A stretch of 47,052 nt of DNA, taken from a virus. Taxonomy: Duplodnaviria; Caudoviricetes. The DNA lies in the IMG/VR virus record IMGVR_UViG_3300032335_000913, positions 1 to 47,052 of that record; one strand, 5' to 3'. The notes below the pieces were generated by a model that saw only the letters and a list, made by a program, of their open reading frames with translations, had not been told where the DNA came from and did no database searches. A program made the position numbers and the translations under genes. Below are positions 1 to 10,345 of this stretch, piece after piece. The first letter of the stretch is position 1, and the number at the start of each line of letters is the position of its first letter.

Positions 1-709
1 ATATTTTATTAATAATAGTACCACCTTGACTTTGTGCAGTAGCATCTAATTCTTTTTGTTGTCTTACTGCACCTAATTGATCTTGTAGGCCTTCAAAGAT
101 TGCATTTAGAGAATCGATTTGTTTAATTAATGCCTCAATTTGTGCTTTAAATCCGGTCTTTTGTGATTGTAGAGATGCTCTTAAAATACTTTCATCAACC
201 GATTTTTGCAATGATGTAGAAATTTGACTAGCAAAATCCTCAATCGTTGCATTTAAAGTTTCAATTTGATTAACTAATAAATCATTAGTTTGTTCAATAC
301 TTAATCTATTATTTATTTCAGTTTGAACTTGTGATTCTAATGTAGATATTCTGGAATTAAGAACTACTATATCTCCATTTAATTTTGTAACTACCTTTCT
401 TAAATCTTCGTTTTCTGCAACTTTTTCGTTATATACGGGTCTTGGTACTAAATCTAAATTTGTATTTGGTATGTTTGGTAGTAATTCTTTAACTTCAACA
501 TCAACCGCTTTTACCAATTCTTCGTTATCGTATTTGTCTTTCGTTAAACCTTTAAAAACCAATGAAGATGCAAGATTATTAGAATCAACAACATTTATCC
601 CATATTCGTTTCTTGAAATAGCAGCAGAACCAGATACACTTAAGATTTTCTCAAGTGATTCTGATTTAATTTGTTGTATTTTTTCGTTTATAGATTCTAT
701 TGATGTCAT
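1..709 (-). CDS. Coiled-coil hypothetical protein, probably virion-associated (3' end runs off window)
   Basis: Read manually: ATG at 709, open frame MTSIESINEKIQQIK...QSQGGTIINKI to the window edge. Heptad-like Q/E/L-rich. Directly follows the baseplate genes. Confidence 0.7.
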   Translation of the reverse strand, partial: MTSIESINEKIQQIKSESLEKILSVSGSAAISRNEYGINVVDSNNLASSLVFKGLTKDKYDNEELVKAVDVEVKELLPNIPNTNLDLVPRPVYNEKVAENEDLRKVVTKLNGDIVVLNSRISTLESQVQTEINNRLSIEQTNDLLVNQIETLNATIEDFASQISTSLQKSVDESILRASLQSQKTGFKAQIEALIKQIDSLNAIFEGLQDQLGAVRQQKELDATAQSQGGTIINKI

Positions 710-710
710 A

Positions 711-1778
711 TTATTCAATTATTTCAAATATCATTTTATCATCTATAATAGTTGATATTCCGTTTTCCTCTATTTTTATTTTTAACTTATAAACTCTATC
801 AGCTGCAATAGAATGTAAATCCATATCAAAATAATTTGATGTAGAATCACAGCTTACTTTAGTATACTCACCAAATGGGAATATTATTTCACCCGTAATA
901 TAATCTTCCAATTGATAGTAAGTAGAAACGGGTAAATATTTGATTTGTTCATATGAAAATGTTGTTCCAAATGATTTTGATGGATATGTTTCTCTCCCCT
1001 TTAATCTAATTCTAGTATTACTATTTTTAAAATATTTATTTTTTAAATTGGTAATAATAACTTTATAATTATCATCATATAATGAACCAGTCACAGGAGC
1101 TAAACTTCCTGTATTGAAGGAAAAGTCATTGTAAACTATTTCTAATTTAGGTTCATATATTGTATTTGTTTCTTTTGAAAAGAATTTTAATAAACCATAA
1201 TCTAATGTATTTGCTTCATTTTCTAAACTATGGTGTATAATAAATCCATTATTTGGTATAGACCCACTAATCCATAACTTAATTATATTAGTTACATCCA
1301 TTCTAATATCATCAGGTTCATTGTTAAATGATTGTGATGCCATAGATGCGGTATACCAAGTACCACCTTCTGCATTAGCCGAACCGGTAGTTCCAGTTGC
1401 AAATACTGCAGTACCTGCAATCACATTATCCTGCCAACTATCGATTCCATTTCTATATTTCCAACTAACACCATCCGATGTTATGTTATCAAATTTAGTA
1501 CCCGTACCCATTGTCCAACTTTGAGAAACAGCATTTGCATAAATTGTGTATTCCAATGGAATTTCTTCTGCATTAGCAGATTTTAAATTTAAGAAAGCCT
1601 TCCACCCACTACCAGTTTCAATTGAATCAATATCAAATTTAATTAAACTTCTATTCACATCCTTAGATGCTCCATAATAAAGCTTACCTATTTCTAAAAT
1701 CTCATCCCTACCAGCATTTTGGTCTGGTTGTTGTAAGTAAATACTTGCATCGTATGATGATGTATAAAATTTATGCAT
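711..1778 (-). CDS. Putative virion structural protein (beta-rich, baseplate-adjacent)
   Basis: 355-aa ORF translationally coupled to the baseplate wedge gene. Ser/Thr/Gly-rich beta character. Confidence 0.55.
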   Translation of the reverse strand: MHKFYTSSYDASIYLQQPDQNAGRDEILEIGKLYYGASKDVNRSLIKFDIDSIETGSGWKAFLNLKSANAEEIPLEYTIYANAVSQSWTMGTGTKFDNITSDGVSWKYRNGIDSWQDNVIAGTAVFATGTTGSANAEGGTWYTASMASQSFNNEPDDIRMDVTNIIKLWISGSIPNNGFIIHHSLENEANTLDYGLLKFFSKETNTIYEPKLEIVYNDFSFNTGSLAPVTGSLYDDNYKVIITNLKNKYFKNSNTRIRLKGRETYPSKSFGTTFSYEQIKYLPVSTYYQLEDYITGEIIFPFGEYTKVSCDSTSNYFDMDLHSIAADRVYKLKIKIEENGISTIIDDKMIFEIIE

Positions 1779-3790
1779 TATAAAGCCCTCCCTTTTATGT
1801 CTTTTGTTGGATATTTAACTTCAAATATTGATGGGTCTAATGATGGATATACAATCTTACCTTTAGTTGCCTCATCTATGTTGTATCTATTTGGTGAGTA
1901 ATTTCCGTCACCACCACATAAGTTTGAAAGTTTTACGGATGGTACACTCATTACTCCATCTACATTTGCAAGTATTAATTCTATTTCTGAAATATTGATT
2001 GGTTTATTAAACGTCCAATTATCAATATTAAAGTACTCTTGTAATTCCGTTAAACAATTTGTTACAACTTCTCTTTTATTATAGTTTGAATAACATATTA
2101 TTTCAAAATCTACTCCAATGTTTATAATAAAACCATCTATGATATTAACACCATCCGTTAACATTCTATATTCGGAAATGTAAGTTTTTAAGTTCTCCTT
2201 AACCGCTCTATTTAAGTTTGTTAATTTTTTATTAGAGTCGTATCCTAAGATGTATAGATTAATTGCAAATGGATTATTTACTTCCGAAATTGCTGTTTTC
2301 TTTTGTGTAAGATATTTAACCAATTCTTTTTGAATATTCTCTCTACTACTATCCTTAAGACTATCTACTAAATTTACAAACTCAGCTATGTTTTTAGGAT
2401 TAGCTAAAATAGATGCTGGTGAGTTGTTATCAATTTCACCATCAGCACTTACATACGCTTTAGTTACACTACCATATCTTTCAGGCATCGATAATGCTCT
2501 TACTATATAATCCTCTTTGGTAACTGCTCTATTTTGAGAACCAAAAGTTGCTAATGCATTTTGTCTAATTTCTTCTATTGTTTCTACACCCCTACCACCA
2601 GCAGCAGGTTCTAAGTTCTCAACTGCAACAGATTGTTTCATTGAGTTATATAAAACTTCATTTTCAACTGCCAATAAATCTTCATCATATTCTATTCTAG
2701 AAATACTAGTTAAGTCACCTGTATTTACATTAGATTCTACACCACCACCAACTAAGTATTTTATAGTCAATGTTTTATTTACAGGTGCAATTCCAAATGT
2801 GTTTGTTTTTAAGAAATTGGATGGGTCTATACCTTGATTTAATCTTTGGATAGAATTGGCCAATCCCAATCCTACATTTTTTGGATTTGGTAAAATGATT
2901 TCATCATTCATAGTAACATCACCACTTCCAAATTCTAAATCCAATGTATTATCGGAATTTACTTTAACGGAAAATCTACGAGGAACTTTTTGTACTTCCA
3001 AAATATAAGGTACAATTGATGATGATGAATATAATTCACTATTTGATTCTGTATTTGGTTTTTCAACAAAAATACTTTCCTGTGCTAAATAAGGTACTTC
3101 GTAATATTTTAAATTATCTTGGTCTGCAACTGATGTTATACCAATTATATTAGTATCACTCAATGTTGTTGTAGGATAATCCGTTGAATCTCCAAATGTC
3201 TTAGTAGTAGTTACTTCCTGTGCCGATATTGCTTTAATTCTTTTTGTTAATAGATAAAAAGTTGGATTGCCGGTTACATCTCTTTCAAATACATCAATTT
3301 CTCTATCATTTGTATTCGAAAAATCCAAAGAATCTGTTGTTCTAAATACTATATTTGAATTAGAGGTTGATGCAACTTCCATTCCATCTTTTATTCTCAA
3401 ACAATAACTTTCGTCTGGAACAACACTTGAACCTGAATTTTTGGATGGAATCAATTGATATACCGTCAATGTTGTTACTGCAGGTGATGATGTTTTTGGT
3501 TTATATCCCATTGTTTGTGCTAATGCAACAACATTTTTTCTTTCTGTTGCATTGGCCAACATTGATTCTTTTAATTGAACATCTTGATAGAAAGATAATA
3601 CATCTCCTATAACAGCAGCTTGTTCCAAAAACACCATACCAGGTGATGCTTCATTGAAATCGGAATATGTGTTTGGAAAATATGTTTTAGTATAATCAAT
3701 TAGGTTTTGTTTTAAAGTATTAAAATCTTTACCTAAATAATTTATATTTTTTTCACTTCCCCAACTTTTCTTAACAGGTTTAATAGCCAT
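1778..3790 (-). CDS. Baseplate wedge subunit (T4 gp6 / baseplate J-like)
   Basis: Motifs KDFNTLKQNLIDY..YFP.TYSDFNEASPG, A.ERKNV..LA..MGYKP and QNRAVTKEDY are typical of gp6-like wedge proteins. Confidence 0.88.
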   Translation of the reverse strand: MAIKPVKKSWGSEKNINYLGKDFNTLKQNLIDYTKTYFPNTYSDFNEASPGMVFLEQAAVIGDVLSFYQDVQLKESMLANATERKNVVALAQTMGYKPKTSSPAVTTLTVYQLIPSKNSGSSVVPDESYCLRIKDGMEVASTSNSNIVFRTTDSLDFSNTNDREIDVFERDVTGNPTFYLLTKRIKAISAQEVTTTKTFGDSTDYPTTTLSDTNIIGITSVADQDNLKYYEVPYLAQESIFVEKPNTESNSELYSSSSIVPYILEVQKVPRRFSVKVNSDNTLDLEFGSGDVTMNDEIILPNPKNVGLGLANSIQRLNQGIDPSNFLKTNTFGIAPVNKTLTIKYLVGGGVESNVNTGDLTSISRIEYDEDLLAVENEVLYNSMKQSVAVENLEPAAGGRGVETIEEIRQNALATFGSQNRAVTKEDYIVRALSMPERYGSVTKAYVSADGEIDNNSPASILANPKNIAEFVNLVDSLKDSSRENIQKELVKYLTQKKTAISEVNNPFAINLYILGYDSNKKLTNLNRAVKENLKTYISEYRMLTDGVNIIDGFIINIGVDFEIICYSNYNKREVVTNCLTELQEYFNIDNWTFNKPINISEIELILANVDGVMSVPSVKLSNLCGGDGNYSPNRYNIDEATKGKIVYPSLDPSIFEVKYPTKDIKGRAL

Positions 3791-3793
3791 TTA

Positions 3794-4231
3794 TTAATTA
3801 TTTATACTAACATTTAGTGTTTCGGTTAATGATGGATTTGACTTTAATGAAAATTTTACTTCTAAAGTAATTCTATTTGCATCTATATCATTTTCATCAT
3901 AATCAAATATTATATTATCTACATTTATATAAGGTAACCAAATATTTACTGCATCTAATATAGAATTTTCAATATCAGTTGCAATAGATTCTTCTACAAT
4001 TTGTTCAAAGATTAAATTATGAATATCACAACCAAAGTCAGGTTGCATTTCTCTTTCACCCTTTTTAGTTAGTATTAAATTTACTAAATTATCTTTTGCC
4101 TGTGTTAGAGTAGTGTAATTAACGGCAAATATACCATTAGAATTGGATTTTCTACCGAAACCAACCCCCAATGATTTATAATTATTTTCCGCTAAATCAT
4201 TTACATTAATTCTACCTAACTCTATTGCCAT
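3794..4231 (-). CDS. Baseplate wedge subunit, GPW/gp25 family
   Basis: NLVNLILTKKGEREMQPDFGC...WLPYI is the gp25 signature. Confidence 0.9.
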   Translation of the reverse strand: MAIELGRINVNDLAENNYKSLGVGFGRKSNSNGIFAVNYTTLTQAKDNLVNLILTKKGEREMQPDFGCDIHNLIFEQIVEESIATDIENSILDAVNIWLPYINVDNIIFDYDENDIDANRITLEVKFSLKSNPSLTETLNVSINN

Positions 4232-4234
4232 TTA

Positions 4235-4726
4235 TTAAAATCTTTTAACTAATTCCGAATAATTTCTTGTCAATGCTTTTATTGTAGCATCTTGTAATCC
4301 ATCACCAGTTGATTCAAAATTTGGAACATTGGATGGTACATTTACCTCTCTAAAATCCATAGTTTCCCACTCACTTTCATCAACTCTTAATTCTGGTTTA
4401 ATCATATCCAATACACTTCCAACTGCCTGAGCACCCTCTTTTCTTTGTTCTGCAGTAAATGGTTGAGTCATATTCAAAATCTCATTTATCATCGGGTCTT
4501 TTGAAAATTCCCTTGCAGGTCTTTGTGTTTGCTGAGCAGGTTGTTGTCTTTTAATAGGTGTAACTGGAACCTCAGTCATCTCTCTTAATGATGGAGTTGA
4601 TTTGTTTTGTGAGTTCAATGTAACTGCACCAGATTTGATAAGCTTAGTTATTTCTTCTTTAACTTGTTGCTTAACTTCGTTTTTAACAACTTCTTTAATT
4701 AAAGTTAATAAAATTTCTGATTTCAT
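4235..4726 (-). CDS. Hypothetical protein
   Basis: 163-aa ORF in the structural operon, preceded by an ATATTTAT motif. Confidence 0.7.
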   Translation of the reverse strand: MKSEILLTLIKEVVKNEVKQQVKEEITKLIKSGAVTLNSQNKSTPSLREMTEVPVTPIKRQQPAQQTQRPAREFSKDPMINEILNMTQPFTAEQRKEGAQAVGSVLDMIKPELRVDESEWETMDFREVNVPSNVPNFESTGDGLQDATIKALTRNYSELVKRF

Positions 4727-4751
4727 AATAATTGTTTATATATGTTTAGTA

Positions 4752-4759
4752 ATAAATAT
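4752..4759 (-). promoter_or_regulatory. Putative late-promoter motif ATATTTAT
   Basis: The same octamer lies just upstream of minus-strand starts at 4752, 13700, 19451, 27129 and 42950. Short and AT-rich, so weak individually. Confidence 0.4.
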
Positions 4760-4772
4760 TTGATTTAATAAT

Positions 4773-6026
4773 TTATCCAATAACTTTATATCCAGTCCAA
4801 TTTAATATTGCTGGTGCCGGTGGAGCCGGTGGTGTATATTGAGCTAATACTGACATATTGCCTGATGTTCCCATCAAATGAAACTTAGCCAAATTGATAA
4901 ATGGGTCTATGAATATATTCGTTGGAAAAGAGAAAACAAATGTTGGTGGTATAAACCATATATTAGGTATATTTGGTAATCTATCTAATATAATTTGTTC
5001 TGCCAAATCTCTTAACTCTTCCTCAGTTGGTATTTGTTCCTCTATTTGTTTTTTAATTTCTCTTATATTTGGAATTTTTGGAATAGAAACATACAAAGAT
5101 AAATCTATTTCAGGAATCAATCCCTCTGCGGTATCTTTAACATACTTTACAACCTCTTCCTTAGTGGGTGTTGGTTTTGGAATACTATTCTTTACAAGTT
5201 CAATTGCATTCACTATTGGAATAACAAATGGTTGTAATACTATTTCTTCAATCGGTGGTATTATTTGTTTTTTTATTTCTTCAACTGCCTGTTCTATTAA
5301 CTTCTCTTTAGCTTCTTCTATTAATTTCTTTTTACTTGGTAATTTTGGAAATGGAAACTTTATAGCTTTTTTAATTTGACTACCAATTGCCGGTTTTTTC
5401 TTTTTGGCTTCTTTTAACTTTTTAATTATTTCAATTGCACTTTTAACTATTGGATTATTTTTGATATCCGGTGCAACTACTTCCTTATTTATTATTTTCA
5501 TTGCAGTTTCATATAGTGGAATCGTTATTGGTGGAAGTGGTGGTATACCTGGAATAGTAACCGATTGTTTTTTAAGTTCTTCCTCTAATATTTTCAAAGC
5601 TTCAACTTCTGCTTTATTTTTAGCTGCTGAAATAGTAAGTGATGTTGGATTAGGCCCAATATTTTGAATAGTACCAGGTGCAGGCAATGTAGATGGCCAT
5701 CCCAATGGTTTTAATAATGGATTTGGTATTGGTGCCATTTCACTTCCTAACCAATATGCATCAAATGCTGCCGGATAAATCTCCTCTAATATGTTAAAAT
5801 TATCACCATCACTTTCTTGTGCTTTTTTCATTGCATTTTTGATAGCATCGGCCATACCTTTTACATTACCATTCACAACAGGAACTCCGTATATGTTATC
5901 ACCACCTCTCTTTATACATTGGTCATATTCATTGGCATAGAAATCAGCAAATGCTTCCGTATCGGCAGAAAAACGACCAGAAATCATTGATTCTAAAATA
6001 TTCTTTTTAAATATTAACCAAGACAT
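4773..6026 (-). CDS. Pro/Lys-rich hypothetical protein in baseplate module
   Basis: 417-aa ORF with many PxIP segments, directly downstream of the gp5-like gene. Confidence 0.7.
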   Translation of the reverse strand: MSWLIFKKNILESMISGRFSADTEAFADFYANEYDQCIKRGGDNIYGVPVVNGNVKGMADAIKNAMKKAQESDGDNFNILEEIYPAAFDAYWLGSEMAPIPNPLLKPLGWPSTLPAPGTIQNIGPNPTSLTISAAKNKAEVEALKILEEELKKQSVTIPGIPPLPPITIPLYETAMKIINKEVVAPDIKNNPIVKSAIEIIKKLKEAKKKKPAIGSQIKKAIKFPFPKLPSKKKLIEEAKEKLIEQAVEEIKKQIIPPIEEIVLQPFVIPIVNAIELVKNSIPKPTPTKEEVVKYVKDTAEGLIPEIDLSLYVSIPKIPNIREIKKQIEEQIPTEEELRDLAEQIILDRLPNIPNIWFIPPTFVFSFPTNIFIDPFINLAKFHLMGTSGNMSVLAQYTPPAPPAPAILNWTGYKVIG

Positions 6027-6027
6027 A

Positions 6028-7245
6028 TTACTTACTTAAGAAATTATTAGACGATAGCATATCCCTTAATTTGGACTTAATTACATCAAATTCAAATCTA
6101 TTAGAAGGGCCTTGGAATGTAGGGCCTGATGGTGTTGCGTATATTTGTTTATTTATAGCATCGATTAATTCTCCCATTAATTTTATCAACTCACCACCTA
6201 ATACCATTTTTTGTACATCTGCACCTGCATCCCCTGCACCAGTATTCTTACCTAAAAATATTTTACCATTTTCTGAATTAAGAAATATTTGATTGGCCCC
6301 TTCGGAATGTATTGTTATATTTTGTTTATTATGTATGTAAACTTCCTTCTCTGCATCTATTGAATAATTACCATCGGTTATTACACCAGTATTTCCTTTT
6401 CCAAATATAATAAACTCCGATGCTTTTGCAGAAAGAATTACTCTATCGGAATTTAGAAATAATTGATTACCTGTTAATTTTTCCGAATTCGGATATTCTT
6501 TAAAAGCTACTTTTGTTTTATTTATGTTTTCCTTAAATGGTACTTTAATCTTATTGGATGTGAAATATATAGATGTACCATCACTATTGATATCTTCATC
6601 TATTGTTGTTCCTATTTTTGAATTATCAAATTGTGGATTTTGTTTATTTCTTATAAAAATACCAGGTGACGATGTTTTACCATCCTCCGTTAAAAAGAAT
6701 TCACTAAATCTAATCGTATTACCAACTCTACCACTTATGATGGTGTCTCCACTTCTTGGTTTTAAGAATTTAATCTTTTCATTTACTTTATATCGTTTCT
6801 CATCAGATTTTTTAGGTGTTCCTTTCTGACCTGTTGAACCTGTTTTGGTTTCTGTATAGTTTTTATTTTTACCTTCTGAATTTCCAGTAGATACATTTTT
6901 TTCTCTACCAATTTCGGAAACCAATAATGACTCTCTAAAGTTTGGATATTGTGTTGCAGAGTATGGTAACCAATAATGTGAATTTTGAATGTTTAATATC
7001 AATACAGTTTCACCTATTAATGGATATGTTATATTATTTTTGTCAAATGGAAATGCGTAGTCTTCTTTGTTAATAAAACTTTCTCTTCTATATTCTATTG
7101 CACCTAAAAATCTAACATCAGTATCCGTAAAGTCATTATTATCATTATATACAGGTACTAATTTTTTCTCTAAATCATTTTTTATAGATTTATCCGATTC
7201 AGTATAAACTCTGTATACGGTTGCTAGATAAGTTTCACCAATCAT
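6028..7245 (-). CDS. Baseplate hub/spike protein (gp5/gpV-like)
   Basis: N-terminal OB-fold-like YPLIGETVLI, GDTIISGRVGNTIRF, beta-helix-like C-terminal half and a TPSGPT tip motif. Confidence 0.65.
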   Translation of the reverse strand: MIGETYLATVYRVYTESDKSIKNDLEKKLVPVYNDNNDFTDTDVRFLGAIEYRRESFINKEDYAFPFDKNNITYPLIGETVLILNIQNSHYWLPYSATQYPNFRESLLVSEIGREKNVSTGNSEGKNKNYTETKTGSTGQKGTPKKSDEKRYKVNEKIKFLKPRSGDTIISGRVGNTIRFSEFFLTEDGKTSSPGIFIRNKQNPQFDNSKIGTTIDEDINSDGTSIYFTSNKIKVPFKENINKTKVAFKEYPNSEKLTGNQLFLNSDRVILSAKASEFIIFGKGNTGVITDGNYSIDAEKEVYIHNKQNITIHSEGANQIFLNSENGKIFLGKNTGAGDAGADVQKMVLGGELIKLMGELIDAINKQIYATPSGPTFQGPSNRFEFDVIKSKLRDMLSSNNFLSK

Positions 7246-7649
7246 TATAATTTAGTTTTAATTTCTTCAATTTCAATTTGAATATCCGTTAATTTCTCTT
7301 TATTTTTTTCTTCTACTTGATTTATCGTATCTTCCATATCTGCAAGTAATTGTTCTTTTTCATGTTCACTTAACCAACCATCTTCGCCGATACCTTTAGC
7401 TTCGGCAGCTGCAAGTCTTTGTGCAATAGTTGCAAGTTTAATTAAGTGGTCATCATTTTTAACCGATACCTCAATCAAATCTTTTATGATAGGTGCTATG
7501 ACCGTTGCTTCACCAACATTTCTAATCAATTTCCTTAAAGATTCAATTAATTCGGAAATGTTTTTCTTTTTGTTTTGTTGATTTTCGTATATATCTTTAA
7601 ACAATGATGATAAATTTTTACCATCAAATAGTTGAAATTCTGTTGCCAT
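7245..7649 (-). CDS. Hypothetical helical protein
   Basis: 134-aa ORF coupled to the gp5-like gene. Confidence 0.7.
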   Translation of the reverse strand: MATEFQLFDGKNLSSLFKDIYENQQNKKKNISELIESLRKLIRNVGEATVIAPIIKDLIEVSVKNDDHLIKLATIAQRLAAAEAKGIGEDGWLSEHEKEQLLADMEDTINQVEEKNKEKLTDIQIEIEEIKTKL

Positions 7650-7673
7650 ATTTTTTTGTTTATCTACTAATAA

Positions 7674-9377
7674 TTATTTAGTAATCAAATAATTCCCTAA
7701 AACCAAATAATCCATATCACAATTGTTAAATGTCCAAATTGCTTTTTCTGGGTCATTTGTCATTGTATGGTCTTTTAAATTGAATGATGTATTCAATAGA
7801 ATAGGTGTTCCTGTTAGTTTTTCGAACTCCTTTAGTAAGTCATAGTAAAGTGGGTTATCTTCTCTTTTAAGTGTCTGTATTCTTGCCGAATTGTCAACAT
7901 GGGTTACCGATGGAATCTTTACTCCATTTTTAACTTTGACAACCTGATTCATATATGGGACATCCTCTTCCGATATAAAATATTTTTGATAATCTTCATG
8001 AGTAACCGATGGAGCAAATGGTCTAAACATCTCTCTTTTTTTGACAACCTTATTAATTCTATCTCTAATATCTGACAAATGTGGGTTACCCAATATAGAA
8101 CGATTACCCAATGCTCTTGCACCAAATTCAGTTCTACCTTGAAACCATCCTATAATATTACCCTCATTAATTAATTTTGCAACTTCTTCACATAACATTT
8201 GTTTACTTTCATACATTGTAATACCATTGCCCTTAACTCTTTTTTGCAAAATTATCTTAAGTAATTCAGGACCACTCCACTCTTCTCCCAAATATGGAGA
8301 TTGATTATCACCACCCTTTACTTTTGGATTACCCAATACAATATGGTGTTGATATAAACATGCACCAATTGCAGAACCTGCGTCGGATGGTGCAAATGGA
8401 ATCCAAACATTTTTAATTGATGTATATGTTTTTATTTTACCATTGGCAGTTCCGTTGTAAGCACATCCACCACCCAATACCAAATTCTCACTATTCCATA
8501 TATTTGTAACTCTATTGATGATGAAATATAATGCACTTTCATACCATCTTTGTAGTGATGCTGCAAGGTCTTTATGATGTTGTTCGATTGGTTCGTCTTT
8601 AAAACGTGGAGGAAATCCAATTAAATCAATTAATTTATCGTTAAACATATCATTATCGGATGTTTCCCATGTAAAATACTTCATATCCATCTTTACAATA
8701 TCAATCTCACCACCAATCGTTGCAACCTTATCAAACAAACTATGATATCTTTGTTTATCACCATATGGTGCCAATCCCATTATTTTATACTCACCTTCGT
8801 TTGGTTTGAATCCTAAATACGCAGTAAATGCCGAATATATCAATCCTAATGAGTGTGGAAATTGTAATGTTTGTATTTTATGAAACCCTTTGTCATCACA
8901 CATTGTAGCATACACCGAATGTCTTTCTCCAACGCCATCAATTGACAAACCTATTGATTTATCAAATGGAGATGTGTAATAAGAAAGTGCTAAATGTGAT
9001 AAATGATGTTGAGTGTAAGTGATAATTCCTTCATATCCAATCGATTTTAATAATCTTTTTAAATTACCTTCGGTTTCATTCCATCTTTTATTAAATTTTC
9101 TCCATTTTTGTGGAAATCTTAAACCACCCCATTTTCCAATAGTTTGTCTAACTCTTTCATATTTATCGTTTGGATTTTCATACCAACAAACCATATCAAT
9201 TTCATCAATTGTTATTTTTGTATATTCCAAACACCATTGGATTGCCTTAAACGGAAAAGAACTATCATGCTTTTCACCAGATAGTTTCTCTTCTTCAATA
9301 GCACATATTACTTTACCATCTATTACGATTGTTGCAGCTGAATCATGGTAAAATCCTGATAAACCTAATTGTATCAT
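7674..9377 (-). CDS. Carbamoyltransferase, NodU/CmcH/TobZ family
   Basis: HDSAA, HHLSH, DGVGE, EYKIMGLAPYG, GGCAYN, EFGARALGNRSIL, FRPFAPSV and LLNTSFN are the Kae1-like plus YrdC-like motifs of this family. Confidence 0.95.
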   Translation of the reverse strand: MIQLGLSGFYHDSAATIVIDGKVICAIEEEKLSGEKHDSSFPFKAIQWCLEYTKITIDEIDMVCWYENPNDKYERVRQTIGKWGGLRFPQKWRKFNKRWNETEGNLKRLLKSIGYEGIITYTQHHLSHLALSYYTSPFDKSIGLSIDGVGERHSVYATMCDDKGFHKIQTLQFPHSLGLIYSAFTAYLGFKPNEGEYKIMGLAPYGDKQRYHSLFDKVATIGGEIDIVKMDMKYFTWETSDNDMFNDKLIDLIGFPPRFKDEPIEQHHKDLAASLQRWYESALYFIINRVTNIWNSENLVLGGGCAYNGTANGKIKTYTSIKNVWIPFAPSDAGSAIGACLYQHHIVLGNPKVKGGDNQSPYLGEEWSGPELLKIILQKRVKGNGITMYESKQMLCEEVAKLINEGNIIGWFQGRTEFGARALGNRSILGNPHLSDIRDRINKVVKKREMFRPFAPSVTHEDYQKYFISEEDVPYMNQVVKVKNGVKIPSVTHVDNSARIQTLKREDNPLYYDLLKEFEKLTGTPILLNTSFNLKDHTMTNDPEKAIWTFNNCDMDYLVLGNYLITK

Positions 9378-9379
9378 AC

Positions 9380-10078
9380 TTAAATTTTTATATCACCATA
9401 TTTGTCATATTCATTATATAATTCCATTTGTCTTTCTTTCATTTTGTTGACAACTTTGGTTATATAATGTGTAGGGTGACCTGTCATTTCTCTAATAAGT
9501 AAATATAATGATTTCTTATTAAAATTTTCTATATATTCTGCTCTACGAAATAATTCCAATACTGAATCTGCAATCTGTAAATCTCTTTTCTTTGGAAAAT
9601 AATTCTCCAAATGTTTGTCCCAATATTGTAACATTCTAACATTAAAAGTTTTAAACTCATCATTTCGTTCTTCTTCTCTAAAATTATTTTCAGTATCAAA
9701 TGATTCAGGTAAACCGGACATTATATCGGTATCCTTATATCTTTTATAGTTTGCATTATTATTTAGAATAAGATAGTTTCTTGCAACAATAGTAAAATAA
9801 GAAAATGCTTTACCTTTACCACTTTTGTACATATGAATTTTTTCAATCATAAATGTAACAACTTCTGCCATTACATCTTTTGGGTCGTCATCAAAATAGG
9901 TAAACTTCCATTTATTATAAACTATCTCTGCAAGTTTGTCAAAAGCAGATGCAATTCTTTCTCTATATAATTTATCTTTAATATATTGGTCATCGGTTAG
10001 ATTATATTCAATAATAGCATCTTCCGTATCTTTTGTAAAATATTGACGATTGGGCCCTCTTTTCTTTCTAATTGGCAT
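9380..10078 (-). CDS. Phage sigma-factor-like protein (late-sigma, gp55-like)
   Basis: YFT..TEDAIIEYN and KGKAFSYFTIVARNYLI resemble sigma region 2 of T4 gp55-like factors. Confidence 0.65.
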   Translation of the reverse strand: MPIRKKRGPNRQYFTKDTEDAIIEYNLTDDQYIKDKLYRERIASAFDKLAEIVYNKWKFTYFDDDPKDVMAEVVTFMIEKIHMYKSGKGKAFSYFTIVARNYLILNNNANYKRYKDTDIMSGLPESFDTENNFREEERNDEFKTFNVRMLQYWDKHLENYFPKKRDLQIADSVLELFRRAEYIENFNKKSLYLLIREMTGHPTHYITKVVNKMKERQMELYNEYDKYGDIKI

Positions 10079-10343
10079 TTTGTTGTGTTTTGAATTTTTC
10101 GATGGTTTCTTTTATTTGATAAAATATAGAACCTACTTCATCGTCCTTCTCAAACATTTCACGAGAATCTATTTCTCTTAATGCCTCCAGTAATGATTCG
10201 TTTCTTTCTAACTCGGTTTGTAAAAATATATCATTTTCTATAATGATGACTTCGTATTTTTCTAATTTATTTAAAAGATTATAAGTCGCAAATGACAATG
10301 CAACTACTAATACTGATAATATTGTGATTATTGTATATAACAT
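10068..10343 (-). CDS. Small membrane-anchored protein
   Basis: N-terminal hydrophobic helix followed by an acidic coiled segment. Confidence 0.7.
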   Translation of the reverse strand: MLYTIITILSVLVVALSFATYNLLNKLEKYEVIIIENDIFLQTELERNESLLEALREIDSREMFEKDDEVGSIFYQIKETIEKFKTQQNAN

Positions 10344-10345
10344 AA

